DNA from: Acidobacteriota bacterium
Lineage (GTDB): Bacteria > Acidobacteriota > UBA890 > WLXD01
NCBI GenBank assembly: GCA_965205505.1
Contig: CBDBHB010000007.1
Span: forward strand, 32,001-96,000
Direction of reading: 5' to 3'
Length of the DNA stretch: 64,000 bases
Below the pieces are notes generated by a model, which saw only the letters and a list, made by a program, of their open reading frames with translations, did no database searches and had not been told where the DNA came from. Below are positions 46,661 through 61,189 of the stretch, piece after piece. Each line of letters begins with the position of its first letter. Position 1 is the stretch's first letter. Both the position numbers and the translations under genes were made by a program.

Positions 46661-49600
46661 TCAGCGGAGCGCATCGAGAACCTCCCGCACTGCTTCCATG
46701 CGTCCCGCCGGGCTGTGGGGATCCATCGCCACCAGCAGCCCATCTGGTGGCGAGAGCGTCCAGCTACGCTCGCTTTCCACTTTCGCGATGAGCCGATCTG
46801 TGGCGATCGGCGCGTCTCCCGAAAGGCGTATCAGCACGCCATCGCCCTTGCGCTCGACGCCCAACACGCCGAGTTCTTCAGCGACCAGCCGCAACGAAGC
46901 ATAGGCGAACAGTTGCTCGACCTCGGGTGGTACCGCCCCGTAGCGATCGCGCAGCTCGGCTTGTAGCTGCTCCAGCTTGTCCTCGGTACGAGCCGAAGCC
47001 AGGCGCTTGCTTACCATCAATCGCTGTAATGGGTCCTCGATGTAGCCGATGGGTATTTGCAGATCGACGCCGAGGCTCAGTTGAGCGCGATGCGCCGGGG
47101 CCACCGGCTCGCCCTTGAGCTCGTGCACGGCCTCCTCGAGCATTCGAGCGTACAGCTCGAAGCCCACCGCCGCGATGTGGCCGTGTTGACGCTCGCCCAG
47201 CAACGCGCCGGCACCGCGGATCTCGAGGTCCATGGCAGCGAGGCGAAACCCTGATCCCAGGTCAGAGAACTCCTGGATGGCACGCAACCGCTTCTTCGCC
47301 ACTGGCGTCAGCGTGTCGACTGGCGGAACCACCAGATAGGCGTACGCTCGCCGCGTCGATCGACCGACTCGTCCACGAAGCTGATAAAGCTGCGCCAACC
47401 CGAAGGTATCGGCGCGGTTCACGATGATGGTATTCGCCATGGGGATATCGAGGCCGTTCTCGATGATCGCCGTGGTGATCAGCACGTCGGCGCGCCCCTC
47501 GACAAAGTCGAACATTGCGCGTTCGAGCTCCGCCTTGGGGAGCTGCCCGTGCACCACACGAAACTCTGCCTCCGGAACGAATTCCTTCAGCGCGGCAGCG
47601 ACGCGATATATCGACTCGATTCGGTTGTGCACGAAGAACGCTTGCCCGCCGCGCGACAACTCCTCGTGCAGCGCGTCGGCGATGATCTCGCGATCGTACG
47701 GAACGATGTGGGTGGCTATGGCGTAGCGATCCTTCGGCGGCGTCTCGATGACACTGAGATCACGCACCCCGAGGAGCGACATCTGCAGGGTCCGCGGAAT
47801 TGGGGTGGCGGTCATCGCAAGCACGTCGATGCTGCGCTTGAGTCGCTTGAGTCGTTCCTTCTGTCCCACACCGAAGCGCTGCTCCTCGTCGACCACCAAC
47901 AAGCCCAGATCCTTGAACTCCACGTCCTTGCCGAGTAGACGGTGGGTGCCCACCGCCACGTCGACGCGACTGTCGCGAATAGCGGCCACGGTGGCGCGGA
48001 TCTGCGCCGAAGTGCGAAACCTCGACAGCAGATCCACTCGCACGGGAAACGCGGCGAAACGGGCCTGTAGGGTGCGCCAGTGCTGGTAGGCAAGAACGGT
48101 GGTCGGCGCCAGGAACGCTACCTGCTTACCTTCCATGACGGCCTTGAAAGCGGCGCGCATGGCAACCTCGGTCTTGCCGTAGCCGACGTCGCCACACAGG
48201 AGCCGGTCCATCACGGCGCCCGACTCCATATCGGCCTTGACGTCGGCAATGGCGGCGAGTTGGTCGCTTGTCTCGTCGTATTCGAAGCTATCCTCGAGCT
48301 CTCGTTGCCAGGCAGTATCGGACCCGAACGAGTACCCCACCGCCGCCTTGCGCCCGGCGTAGAGCTCGAGCAGGTCACCTGCCAGCTCGCGTAGCGACTC
48401 GCGCACGCGGCCCTTGACCTTGCTCCAGCTGGTGCCGCCCAACTTGTCGATCTTCGCTCGGACTTCTTCGCCAGCTTGATACTTCTGTACCAGATAGAGC
48501 TGCTCCAGAGGCAAGTACAACCGATCGCCGGCGCGATACTCGATCTCCATGAACTCCGACGTCGAGTCGCCCACGGGAAGCTGACGCACACCCGCAAAGC
48601 GGCCGATGCCATGGTCCTCATGGATAACGAAATCTCCCGGCTGGAGATCGCGGAAGTCACCCCTGAACGCGTCCCCACGAAAACGACGTGTTCGCCCCGG
48701 CGGGCGACTGCGCCCGAACACCTCCGCGTCGGTGCCGAGCCAGAACCCGATGTCCGGCAGCCGGAACCCGGCCGACAGATCACCGCAGCCGATTCGACAC
48801 GTTCCCGGCTGCAGCGGCGCCGCCTCGACCGACGACGATGTGCGCTTCGAGTCGTCTAGAAGCAGCTTCGCAGGTACTCCATAGCCTTCGAGAATCTCCG
48901 CCAAGCGTTCGGCCTTGCCGGCTTTCGACAGCACGAACGCCACTCGCTCACCGGCATCGAGCTCGAGCTTCAGGCTGTGCGCGAGCTCTGCCAATCGTCC
49001 GCGATAGCCGGTAACGCTCTGCGCCGTGTGCGCAATGCCGTCGCCCACTCCCGATGCGAGCACCGTAGTCCGTATGCGCATGGCGCCAGATTTCTTCGCC
49101 AGCGCGCGCTCCAGGTCGTGCACCAGCTCGTCCGGGAGCGGAGCGTCCTGGCCAGCCGCGAGTGCCTGGTGATAATGCTCGTCGAGGTATTCGTGCCAGC
49201 GCTCGGCATTGCTGTCGATGATCTCCGGCTCGATCTCTGCCCACGCCGGGTCGGGGAGGTAGTCGACCAGAGCCGCCTGCAACCTGCCGTGGTCCTGTGC
49301 CACCTCAGCGGGGTGGTCTGCCGCACGGGACGTGGCCGGGGGGAGCTCGAAGTCATCGGCCGAACGCATCGAACGCTGATCGCGCGGATTGAACTCGCGA
49401 ATCGACTCGATCTCGTCGCCGAAGAAATCCAGGCGGACCGGATGTTCGCGGGTCGGCGGGAATATGTCGACGATTCCGCCGCGGACGGCAAACTCCCCCA
49501 ACGACTCCACCAGCGTCACGCGCCGATAACCGGAGTCCACCAAATGGCGGGTCAGCTCCCCCGGGTCGATCTCGGCCCCTGTGCCGAGCCGCAGCGATCG

Positions 49601-50017
49601 ATCGCGAAAGCGTTCGGGCGACTGAATGCGCTCCATCCAGCAGCGCACCGGTGCGAGAAGGATGTCGACGCGACCGCGGCTGCATCGGTCGAGCGTTTGG
49701 AGCCGCTCGCGCACGATGTCGTCGTGCGGTGGCACGGCGCCGTACGGGTTGACCTCGAGGGGAGGAAACGCGACCACCGTGCCGGCTCGACGCTCGTGAA
49801 AGAGACGCAGGTCGAGAAGCACCAGCTCCAGGTCGAGATCCGCCGGAACGACGACGGCCAGCGAACGCGATGCCGCAATCTGGACCTCGCTCAACACCGC
49901 AGCCAGGTGGCTACCGCTCAGCCCCTCGAGGCGCACGTCTTCCCTGGTGCGCACCGCCGCCAAGGTCGCAGCCATCGCGGGACGCTCCCGCAGCGTGGCG
50001 AGAATGGCGTCGAGCAT
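46661..50017 (-). CDS. mfd: Transcription-repair coupling factor
   Basis: GEFAVRGGIVDIF, VIHEDHGIG, CGDVGYGKTEVA, DEEQRFG, QLRGRVGR, DLEIRGAG; start placed at ATG 50017. Confidence 0.96.
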   Translation of the reverse strand: MLDAILATLRERPAMAATLAAVRTREDVRLEGLSGSHLAAVLSEVQIAASRSLAVVVPADLDLELVLLDLRLFHERRAGTVVAFPPLEVNPYGAVPPHDDIVRERLQTLDRCSRGRVDILLAPVRCWMERIQSPERFRDRSLRLGTGAEIDPGELTRHLVDSGYRRVTLVESLGEFAVRGGIVDIFPPTREHPVRLDFFGDEIESIREFNPRDQRSMRSADDFELPPATSRAADHPAEVAQDHGRLQAALVDYLPDPAWAEIEPEIIDSNAERWHEYLDEHYHQALAAGQDAPLPDELVHDLERALAKKSGAMRIRTTVLASGVGDGIAHTAQSVTGYRGRLAELAHSLKLELDAGERVAFVLSKAGKAERLAEILEGYGVPAKLLLDDSKRTSSSVEAAPLQPGTCRIGCGDLSAGFRLPDIGFWLGTDAEVFGRSRPPGRTRRFRGDAFRGDFRDLQPGDFVIHEDHGIGRFAGVRQLPVGDSTSEFMEIEYRAGDRLYLPLEQLYLVQKYQAGEEVRAKIDKLGGTSWSKVKGRVRESLRELAGDLLELYAGRKAAVGYSFGSDTAWQRELEDSFEYDETSDQLAAIADVKADMESGAVMDRLLCGDVGYGKTEVAMRAAFKAVMEGKQVAFLAPTTVLAYQHWRTLQARFAAFPVRVDLLSRFRTSAQIRATVAAIRDSRVDVAVGTHRLLGKDVEFKDLGLLVVDEEQRFGVGQKERLKRLKRSIDVLAMTATPIPRTLQMSLLGVRDLSVIETPPKDRYAIATHIVPYDREIIADALHEELSRGGQAFFVHNRIESIYRVAAALKEFVPEAEFRVVHGQLPKAELERAMFDFVEGRADVLITTAIIENGLDIPMANTIIVNRADTFGLAQLYQLRGRVGRSTRRAYAYLVVPPVDTLTPVAKKRLRAIQEFSDLGSGFRLAAMDLEIRGAGALLGERQHGHIAAVGFELYARMLEEAVHELKGEPVAPAHRAQLSLGVDLQIPIGYIEDPLQRLMVSKRLASARTEDKLEQLQAELRDRYGAVPPEVEQLFAYASLRLVAEELGVLGVERKGDGVLIRLSGDAPIATDRLIAKVESERSWTLSPPDGLLVAMDPHSPAGRMEAVREVLDALR

Positions 50018-50094
50018 TGCGTAACCAACCGTCGAGAGCGTATCTGCCGAAGGGACACCGCAGCCGCCGTTACGTCTTCCGGCGTGCGGCCGGC

Positions 50095-50586
50095 CTATTC
50101 GGCCGGCGTCAACGGTACAGCACGGATGCGCGCGACGATGTCCGTAGTGGAATAACCCGGCACTAGGTCGAGAAACACGACTTCGCCGCCGACCGACCGC
50201 GCGACTTCCGCTTCGGGCATCGCTCGGTTCCGCCATTCAGCGCCTTTGGCGTAGACGTCTGGGCGTAGGGTGGTGATCAGTTCGGCCGGCGTGTCTCCAT
50301 CAAACGGCACGACATGGTCGACCCACCGAATCGCGCGGAGAAGCTCCATCCGCTCCGCAAGGGGCACGATGGGACGATCTGCGCCCTTCAGTTGTCGGAC
50401 CGACTCGTCACTGTTGACGCCAACGACGAGGCAGTCGCCGAGCGCGCGGGCTTGCCGTAGACCTTCCAGATGTCCGGGGTGCAGCAGGTCGAAGCAACCG
50501 TTGGTGAAGACGATGCGCTCGCCGCATTCGCGGTGCCGCACCAGCGCCGCGGCGACGTCCGAGCTATCGTCCGGCCGCTTAGCCAC
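50095..50586 (-). CDS. HldE/RfaE-type adenylyltransferase (cytidylyltransferase family)
   Basis: VFTNGCFDLLHPGH, GVNSDESVRQLKG..RP, YSTT; GTG start inferred. Confidence 0.88.
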   Translation of the reverse strand: MAKRPDDSSDVAAALVRHRECGERIVFTNGCFDLLHPGHLEGLRQARALGDCLVVGVNSDESVRQLKGADRPIVPLAERMELLRAIRWVDHVVPFDGDTPAELITTLRPDVYAKGAEWRNRAMPEAEVARSVGGEVVFLDLVPGYSTTDIVARIRAVPLTPAE

Positions 50587-51976
50587 CGTCGTCCGGGGCT
50601 GCTGTGCCCCGATCAATACCGCCCAGTACCTTCCAGCGCACGCCGCCATCGAACTCCCACGCATGCGGCAATCGCGCCACCCCGACATCGCCGATGTCGG
50701 AGTTGAGGCGGAACGAGTAAAGGCCGCGATGATAGTCGTAGGGATTACCATCGCGGCGGTGAACGGCGACGTCGAGGTAGTAGTTGCCCGCCACCAGGTT
50801 TATCGCCGGCATGCGTACCCGGATTGTCCCGGCGCCACGCAGCTCGCTCGGCTGAAACCGCTCGATATCGGTGTTGGTTCCGTAACAGGAGACGCCGTTG
50901 GCGTTGAAGATACCGATTCCGAAAACGAAGTCCCCGACAGGCTTCTCGGCTCGATACGCGATCTCTATTGTCATCGCGTCGCCGGTAGAAAACACGTGTC
51001 CGGCATCGTCTTCGGCATTGAGAAAACGGACTTCATCGATCTGTACTTCGCCACTGCCCCATCGGCCAGACTCGTACGGGGCTGCCACCGAGGCATCGAC
51101 CTGTTCGGGGATGCCGGCGTCGTCGGCTAGTGGGTTGTCGCCGGCCGCGGCCTCGGCGATCCGTTTGCGCTCGGCGCGCGTAATCTCGCTCTCTTCCTGC
51201 TCGGCCACCCAATCGAGGTACTGGTCGACCACCCGCACCGGATCGCCGATGGCCGCAACGGCACCGTGGTTAATCCAGGCAGCACGGTCACACAGTTGCC
51301 GTATCGTCTCCATACCGTGGGTCACCAACAGAATCGTTTTACCGCGCCGCTTGAACTCGCCGATCTTGTCAAGACACTTGTGGACGAACGCTTCATCGCC
51401 GACCGCCAAGACCTCGTCGATGACGAGAATATCCGGGTCCACGTGGATGGCTACCGAGAAGCCCAGTCGCATGTACATTCCCGACGAGTAATTCTTCACG
51501 GGTGTGTCGATGAACTCCTCGAGCTCAGCGAACGCGACGATCTCGTCGAAACGCAGCTCGATCTCGCACCGCGACAGCCCCAGCATGATGCCGTTGATAT
51601 AGACGTTCTCGCGTCCTGAGATCTCTGGGTGGAATCCGGCACCAAGCTCGATCAGGGCCGAGATCCTACCGTCGAGCGCGACCCGCCCTTCGGTGGGCTT
51701 GGTGGTGCCGGCGACGATCTTCATCAGTGTGCTCTTACCGGCGCCGTTGGCTCCGATCACGCCGAAGGTTTCGCCGCGAGCGACCTCCAAGCTGACGTTC
51801 TCGAGCGCGGTGAACACCTCGTCCGGCTTCAGGAGCTTGAAGAGGTTGCGGCCCACGAAGGCACTCTTGAGGGTGAGAAATCTGTGCGACTGGGCGATGC
51901 GCCGATAGCGTTTGGTGACGTCGACGACACGAATCGCGGGCTCCTTCACTTTGCCCGCAGACGAGACTGGATTCAT
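50579..51976 (-). CDS. wzt: Polysaccharide ABC exporter ATPase Wzt with C-terminal carbohydrate-binding domain
   Basis: GANGAGKST, GAGFHPEISGREN, YSSGM, DEVLAVGD; Wzt_C-like C-terminal beta domain. Confidence 0.9.
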   Translation of the reverse strand: MNPVSSAGKVKEPAIRVVDVTKRYRRIAQSHRFLTLKSAFVGRNLFKLLKPDEVFTALENVSLEVARGETFGVIGANGAGKSTLMKIVAGTTKPTEGRVALDGRISALIELGAGFHPEISGRENVYINGIMLGLSRCEIELRFDEIVAFAELEEFIDTPVKNYSSGMYMRLGFSVAIHVDPDILVIDEVLAVGDEAFVHKCLDKIGEFKRRGKTILLVTHGMETIRQLCDRAAWINHGAVAAIGDPVRVVDQYLDWVAEQEESEITRAERKRIAEAAAGDNPLADDAGIPEQVDASVAAPYESGRWGSGEVQIDEVRFLNAEDDAGHVFSTGDAMTIEIAYRAEKPVGDFVFGIGIFNANGVSCYGTNTDIERFQPSELRGAGTIRVRMPAINLVAGNYYLDVAVHRRDGNPYDYHRGLYSFRLNSDIGDVGVARLPHAWEFDGGVRWKVLGGIDRGTAAPDDGG

Positions 51977-51977
51977 G

Positions 51978-52784
51978 TCAAACCTCCTCCGCAAAGGAGT
52001 CACGCAGTCGGTCGAAGAAGTTGTACGCGGCGATGAAGAGAACGACGGACAACACTGCTGTCAAGCCCAGCCGGCGCCAATGAACCATCTCGCCGACGAA
52101 AATGGCGGCGTGGTAGCCCTCGATGATGTGCGTCATCGGGTTGAGCTGCAGAACGAGCGGTGCCCAGCCGCCTGGGTCATTCTGCTCGGCTAGTGCCAAC
52201 GGGTAGATCACTGGTGACCCGAAGAACCACAGCGTCAGAATATTCGCCAATAGGTCGCGCACGTCGCGGTAATGTACGGTCAGCGCCGACAGAAACAACG
52301 CGAATGCGAGCGTGAACAGCATCTGAACCATGATTACCGCCGGGAGCCACAACGCATGAAGGCTGACGCTCTGCGGTTTGAAGACCACCCAGAACGCCAA
52401 GTAGATGGGCAGCCCAAGCAGGAAGTTGACCCCGTTCGAGAGCACGCTCACCACCGGCAGCACCTCGGCCGGGAAGATGATCTTCTTGATCAGGCTACCG
52501 CCCGTTAGGAGCGAATTAGCGGACTCGGCAAGCGCCCCTGAGAACCACGTCCACGGCAACAGACCACAGAACAGATAGAGCGCGAACGGGTCAGTTCCCT
52601 CCCCACGCATGGGTATGAGCACATACGTGAACACGAACGTGTACACCCCCAAGAGCAGCAGTGGGTTGATGAACGACCACAGGAATCCGAGCATCGACCC
52701 GCGGTACCGGGCTTTCAGCTCGCGGACGACCAGTGTCTGCACCAGTACACGGTGCTGCCACAGACGCCCCAATGCATGCCACAT
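51978..52784 (-). CDS. wzm: Polysaccharide ABC exporter permease Wzm
   Basis: RELKARYRGSMLGFLW..NP, LIKKIIFP, YRDVR, PVIYP, LNPM. Confidence 0.9.
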   Translation of the reverse strand: MWHALGRLWQHRVLVQTLVVRELKARYRGSMLGFLWSFINPLLLLGVYTFVFTYVLIPMRGEGTDPFALYLFCGLLPWTWFSGALAESANSLLTGGSLIKKIIFPAEVLPVVSVLSNGVNFLLGLPIYLAFWVVFKPQSVSLHALWLPAVIMVQMLFTLAFALFLSALTVHYRDVRDLLANILTLWFFGSPVIYPLALAEQNDPGGWAPLVLQLNPMTHIIEGYHAAIFVGEMVHWRRLGLTAVLSVVLFIAAYNFFDRLRDSFAEEV

Positions 52785-52811
52785 GCGATCGTGTCCTGAG
52801 GGAACGGGGTT

Positions 52812-52838
52812 CTAGTGTCCTGTAACAGAGGGCACTAG
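52812..52838. repeat. 27-bp collapsed MITE (two TIR tips joined)
   Basis: CTAGTGTCCTGTAACAGA-GGGCACTAG, sharing its CTAG with MITE copy B. Confidence 0.65.
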
Positions 52839-53113
52839 TGACCTGTAACAGATGATCGTTGCATATCGTGGTGGCGAAATGGGTCCGGATGCCAGGCGCG
52901 ACGACGAGACGATGTTTGCCCATCGTCGAGGAGGAGCAACGCCGCAGACGGGCCGATTTCGCCGCCATCCTCCGGACAGATGGGCAGTTGCGGGCGATAT
53001 CGGCGTTGCGCCTCGTCGACGATGCCCACTGCATCGCCTTCCTCGCCGCGCCTTGATCTCACCCGCAAATCCCATCTGCGATATGCAACGATCATCTGTT
53101 ACAGGGCAACTAG
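52835..53113. mobile_element. MITE copy B (279 bp, CTAG at both ends)
   Basis: 27-bp perfect inverted repeat CCTGTAACAGATGATCGTTGCATATCG inside CTAG ends; body nearly identical to copy A; no transposase. Confidence 0.9.
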
Positions 53114-53183
53114 CAGGCCGTGTTGGAAGTGTGGCCCGCAGCGGGGCACTGCTTTCGCCGAATCAAAACTCAGTTGATGGTAG

Positions 53184-54314
53184 CTACTCGATCGCTACCG
53201 CGACGCCGTCTATCATCTCGTACATGCGGTGGAACTTGCGCACGTCGCCGTTGTCGTCAAAATCCGTCGCCCCGGTTACCCCCGGGTAGGGGTTCATCCC
53301 ATTCAGGTAGAACCTCAACTCCTGCGGATCGAGCCCCGCTTCCCGAATTGCCAACGCGAGGATGTTCATTGCGTCGTAGCCGTGCGCCGCATACGCGTCG
53401 GGTGTCATTCCGTACTGCCCGTCGAACGCGGCAACGAACTGACGCACGTTCTCGTCGGCGCTCTCCGGATCCCACGACGGCAACGGGAACCGGAGCCCCT
53501 CGACGCTGGCCAGATCGGCTTCCTGCAACTCGGCTGGCAAGAAAGCGCCGGTGGCAAACAGGGCGGCGTCGCTGCCCGCGTCGCGCAGCGCCCGCGCCAC
53601 CGCGGCTGTGTCGGCCGTATACCCGCCAATGTAGACGGCGGGCGGGTCCACGGACTCGATCGATTGCGTGAGCCGCGCATAGTCCTCGGCTGCGGCCGTG
53701 GCCGGATAGCTCTCCTGGCCGATTTCGCGCCCTCCCAGAGTCCGGAACCGCCGGATGAACGAGGTGATGTGTCCGAGTCCGAACTCGCTCTGCTGGGCGA
53801 TCACCGCGGCCTCACGCAAGCCGGTCTTGTTGAAGATGTGGTCGGCGGTGTTCAGCGCCTCGAGGTCGTCGCTCGGATAGTTGCGATAGATGAAATCGCC
53901 CGCATCGCTGAGCTTGGGCGCCGACGACGACGGTGACATGAGAACTATGCTCGCCTCCTGGAACAGCGGCGCGATTGCCAGCGTTACATCGCTGACATCC
54001 GCACCGATTGCGGCGACGACACCGGTATCGAGGATCTCGCGTGCGGCCTGAACGCCGACCGCACGATCGCTCTGCACGTCGCGGCTGATCAACGTGATCG
54101 GCTTCTGGCCGCCCTCGAAGATCTGCATGCCGCCAGCAGCATTGATCTCGCTGACCGCCAAATCGACACCGCGTTGAATCGAGTTGCCATAGGGTGCGCC
54201 CGATCCCGTGAGAGAGAGGATGACGCCGATTTTGACGTCCGGACTCTCTTCGCCACACGCGGCGCTAGCGGCGGCCAGCAAGACGATTGCCGCCGTGATC
54301 GAGAAACGTTTCAT
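53184..54314 (-). CDS. Branched-chain amino acid ABC-type substrate-binding lipoprotein (LivJ/K-like), orphan
   Basis: Lipobox SAAC; KIGVILSLTG..A.YG, EINAAGG, YAAHGYDA, GVTG...FD.NGD. Confidence 0.88.
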   Translation of the reverse strand: MKRFSITAAIVLLAAASAACGEESPDVKIGVILSLTGSGAPYGNSIQRGVDLAVSEINAAGGMQIFEGGQKPITLISRDVQSDRAVGVQAAREILDTGVVAAIGADVSDVTLAIAPLFQEASIVLMSPSSSAPKLSDAGDFIYRNYPSDDLEALNTADHIFNKTGLREAAVIAQQSEFGLGHITSFIRRFRTLGGREIGQESYPATAAAEDYARLTQSIESVDPPAVYIGGYTADTAAVARALRDAGSDAALFATGAFLPAELQEADLASVEGLRFPLPSWDPESADENVRQFVAAFDGQYGMTPDAYAAHGYDAMNILALAIREAGLDPQELRFYLNGMNPYPGVTGATDFDDNGDVRKFHRMYEMIDGVAVAIE

Positions 54315-54330
54315 GCCGGACCTCCTGGGG

Positions 54331-54810
54331 TCAGTCTGCCGCCGAGCGCTCGCCGGGTATCGGCATCTCGGTCGTCTCGATAGCGCTCCGAGTCGGCTTG
54401 ATACCTTGCGCCTTGGCAATACGCAACCGGGCGAGCGAGCGCTCGAGCGCGAAACCTGCGCGCCGCGAGTCTGTTTCGTCGTCTGGCGTCGCCAGCCGTG
54501 CCTGGGCGCGCTGCGCCGCCGCTTCGGCACGGGCGATATCGATTTCATGTGCTTCCTCAGCGGTCTGCGCTAACACGCTGACGCCGACGGGGCCGACCTC
54601 TGCGAAGCCGCCCGCCACCGCCAACAGACCGTCCTGGCCGGTAGCGGTGACGTACCGCAGCTCGCCGACCCCCAGCGCTGTCATGTAACGGGCGTGGCGT
54701 GGAAGGACGCCGAACTCACCGTCGATACCGGGAGCAGTGAGCTCGACGACGTCTTCGTCGACGATCGCACCTTGCGGGGTTACCACCTCGAGATGAAAGC
54801 TCTCAGCCAT
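54331..54810 (-). CDS. atpC: ATP synthase F1 epsilon subunit
   Basis: LEVVTPQG...PGIDGEFGVLPRH...GGFAEV; C-terminal extension. Confidence 0.93.
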   Translation of the reverse strand: MAESFHLEVVTPQGAIVDEDVVELTAPGIDGEFGVLPRHARYMTALGVGELRYVTATGQDGLLAVAGGFAEVGPVGVSVLAQTAEEAHEIDIARAEAAAQRAQARLATPDDETDSRRAGFALERSLARLRIAKAQGIKPTRSAIETTEMPIPGERSAAD

Positions 54811-54823
54811 CGGTTCTATCCTG

Positions 54824-57302
<2,479 letters not shown>

Positions 57303-57308
57303 CTTCGC

Positions 57309-59428
<2,120 letters not shown>

Positions 59429-59461
59429 CGCGTCAGGGTTTTTCGGCCGCGCAACTGCGCG

Positions 59462-60208
59462 TCACGAGACCGTTTCTCCCAGGCTGTCGAGATGCTCGCG
59501 TACCAGCCGCCTTTGGTCATCGGCGCTGAAGTTGTCTTGCAAAATTCGCTTGGCGGTCGAGACTGCCAGATCGGCAATATGCGCCTGGAGAGCCCGCCGC
59601 GACCGCACTATTTGCGTGTCGAGGTCGCGGTTGGTTGATGCGCGAATGATCTCCGCGTCGGCGCTCACCTCCGCGATCAGGCGATCTTTGTCACGCACGG
59701 CGCTCTCCCGGGCCTCGGTTAACAAAGCGGCTGCCTCTTGTTCTACGCGCGCCAAGCGGTCTGCCGACTCAGCCAGCCGCGACTGTGCGGTCTCCTGCTG
59801 TTGTTGTGCCAGATCACGTGCCTCGACCAGCTGCTGGAAGCGCGTGCCGAGGACTTCGCGCAGTCCATCGAACTCGAAGTTCTCGCGAACGAACGGCGGC
59901 GCGACGACCAGCACCCAGTAAAGCAGAATCAGCAGCAGCACGAAGTTGGTCCACTTCATCGCGTATTCGGGCCAGGGAGGTCCGGCGTGCTCGGCGGTGG
60001 TGTCCTCCTCCCCGTGTTCTTGAGCGCCCGCGTGTTCCTGAACGCCGGCGACGGTTTCGCCAGCGACAGCGCTGCCCGCGGCGGGCTGCGACGACGAGAG
60101 CATCTCCTGCGCCGCGGCTGCCAGCGGGGCGTTGGCGCCGCTGAGCGTCACCACGAGCGCCATGCCTGCAATACAGCTTGCGAGCTTGCGGGTCTTGTCG
60201 TTGATCAA
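59462..60208 (-). CDS. atpF: ATP synthase F0 subunit b with N-terminal extension
   Basis: TM helix KWTNFVLLLILLYW followed by a long coiled coil; position before atpH. Confidence 0.82.
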   Translation of the reverse strand: MINDKTRKLASCIAGMALVVTLSGANAPLAAAAQEMLSSSQPAAGSAVAGETVAGVQEHAGAQEHGEEDTTAEHAGPPWPEYAMKWTNFVLLLILLYWVLVVAPPFVRENFEFDGLREVLGTRFQQLVEARDLAQQQQETAQSRLAESADRLARVEQEAAALLTEARESAVRDKDRLIAEVSADAEIIRASTNRDLDTQIVRSRRALQAHIADLAVSTAKRILQDNFSADDQRRLVREHLDSLGETVS

Positions 60209-60657
60209 CTGTCGGCGCCTCCGCTGCTCACCGGTCGAGCGAGAATCCGGTCGGCGATCTGCTTGGCGAGGTCGCCGGCATCAGCCTCCAGCTGTTGCCG
60301 AGCCTCGTTGATCTGCGTGTCGATCTCGGCCTTCGCCTCCTCTACCGTGCGCGCCGCCTCGGCGCGCGCCTCACCCAACAGCCGCTCGCGTTCGGCGCGA
60401 GCCTCCGCTTGGGCGTGCTGACGAATCCCGTAGGCTTCTTTGCGCGCTGTGGAAACTCGTTCCTCCACTTCTGCGAGTCGCTCTTCCTGGATGCGCACTG
60501 CGTTTGCGAAGGCCTCACTGGCTCCGTCGATCTCAGCCTGTCGCTTCGCAAGGATCGCGGTGAGCGGTCCGAACAGCCACCGGTTGGCGATGATCACCAT
60601 GGCGATGATCGTCGCGGCGACGAGTGCGATCGTGGGCAAGTGCGGGAAATTGTCCAT
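60205..60657 (-). CDS. ATP synthase F0 subunit b'
   Basis: TM helix + LFGPL..IL.KR + coiled coil; first gene of the atp operon. Confidence 0.82.
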   Translation of the reverse strand: MDNFPHLPTIALVAATIIAMVIIANRWLFGPLTAILAKRQAEIDGASEAFANAVRIQEERLAEVEERVSTARKEAYGIRQHAQAEARAERERLLGEARAEAARTVEEAKAEIDTQINEARQQLEADAGDLAKQIADRILARPVSSGGADS

Positions 60658-60800
60658 CGAGGTCGAGGTCTCAGCTGCCGGTTATCTGCGGCCCCGTCGG
60701 TGGCGCGGGGCGGGCGAGGTTTGCAGAGTTCGAGCGGACACAGAACAGGTGAGCCCGGTTGCCAGCGAAAGACGGCTGAGGAACAAAACGGCCGCCCATG

Positions 60801-61178
60801 TCACTCGAGCATAGCGATCATGCGGCTGAGTTCTCGCGCCACGGAAGAGCGACAAGACTCATCGGCGAGAGATTCTATCAGCCGTGTCGAAAGGTCGGCA
60901 AGCAACCGCGAGACCGCTTCCGTGACAATCGCCTCGACCTCGCCGGTGAAAGCGTCAACCTCTACCGTGAGCTGCGCTTCCCACTGCTCCCCCGCCGTGT
61001 CGTCGACCTTCAAGATAACGACCGTAGCGTCGCTGCGATACTCGTAAAGGTGCGGCCCACTCAACCCAGAGGCTCCGACCTCGAGGCGACATCCGCGTCG
61101 CTCGAGAGCCGCCGCGAACGAGTCGCGAATCAGGTCGATGAAGCTCTCGCTGCCGAGGTAGGAGCACGCCGTCAGCAT
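60801..61178 (-). CDS. Hypothetical protein
   Basis: Co-oriented ORF filling the gap between the Mrp subunit and atp genes; start uncertain. Confidence 0.5.
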   Translation of the reverse strand: MLTACSYLGSESFIDLIRDSFAAALERRGCRLEVGASGLSGPHLYEYRSDATVVILKVDDTAGEQWEAQLTVEVDAFTGEVEAIVTEAVSRLLADLSTRLIESLADESCRSSVARELSRMIAMLE

Positions 61179-61189
61179 CAGAGCCGGCC

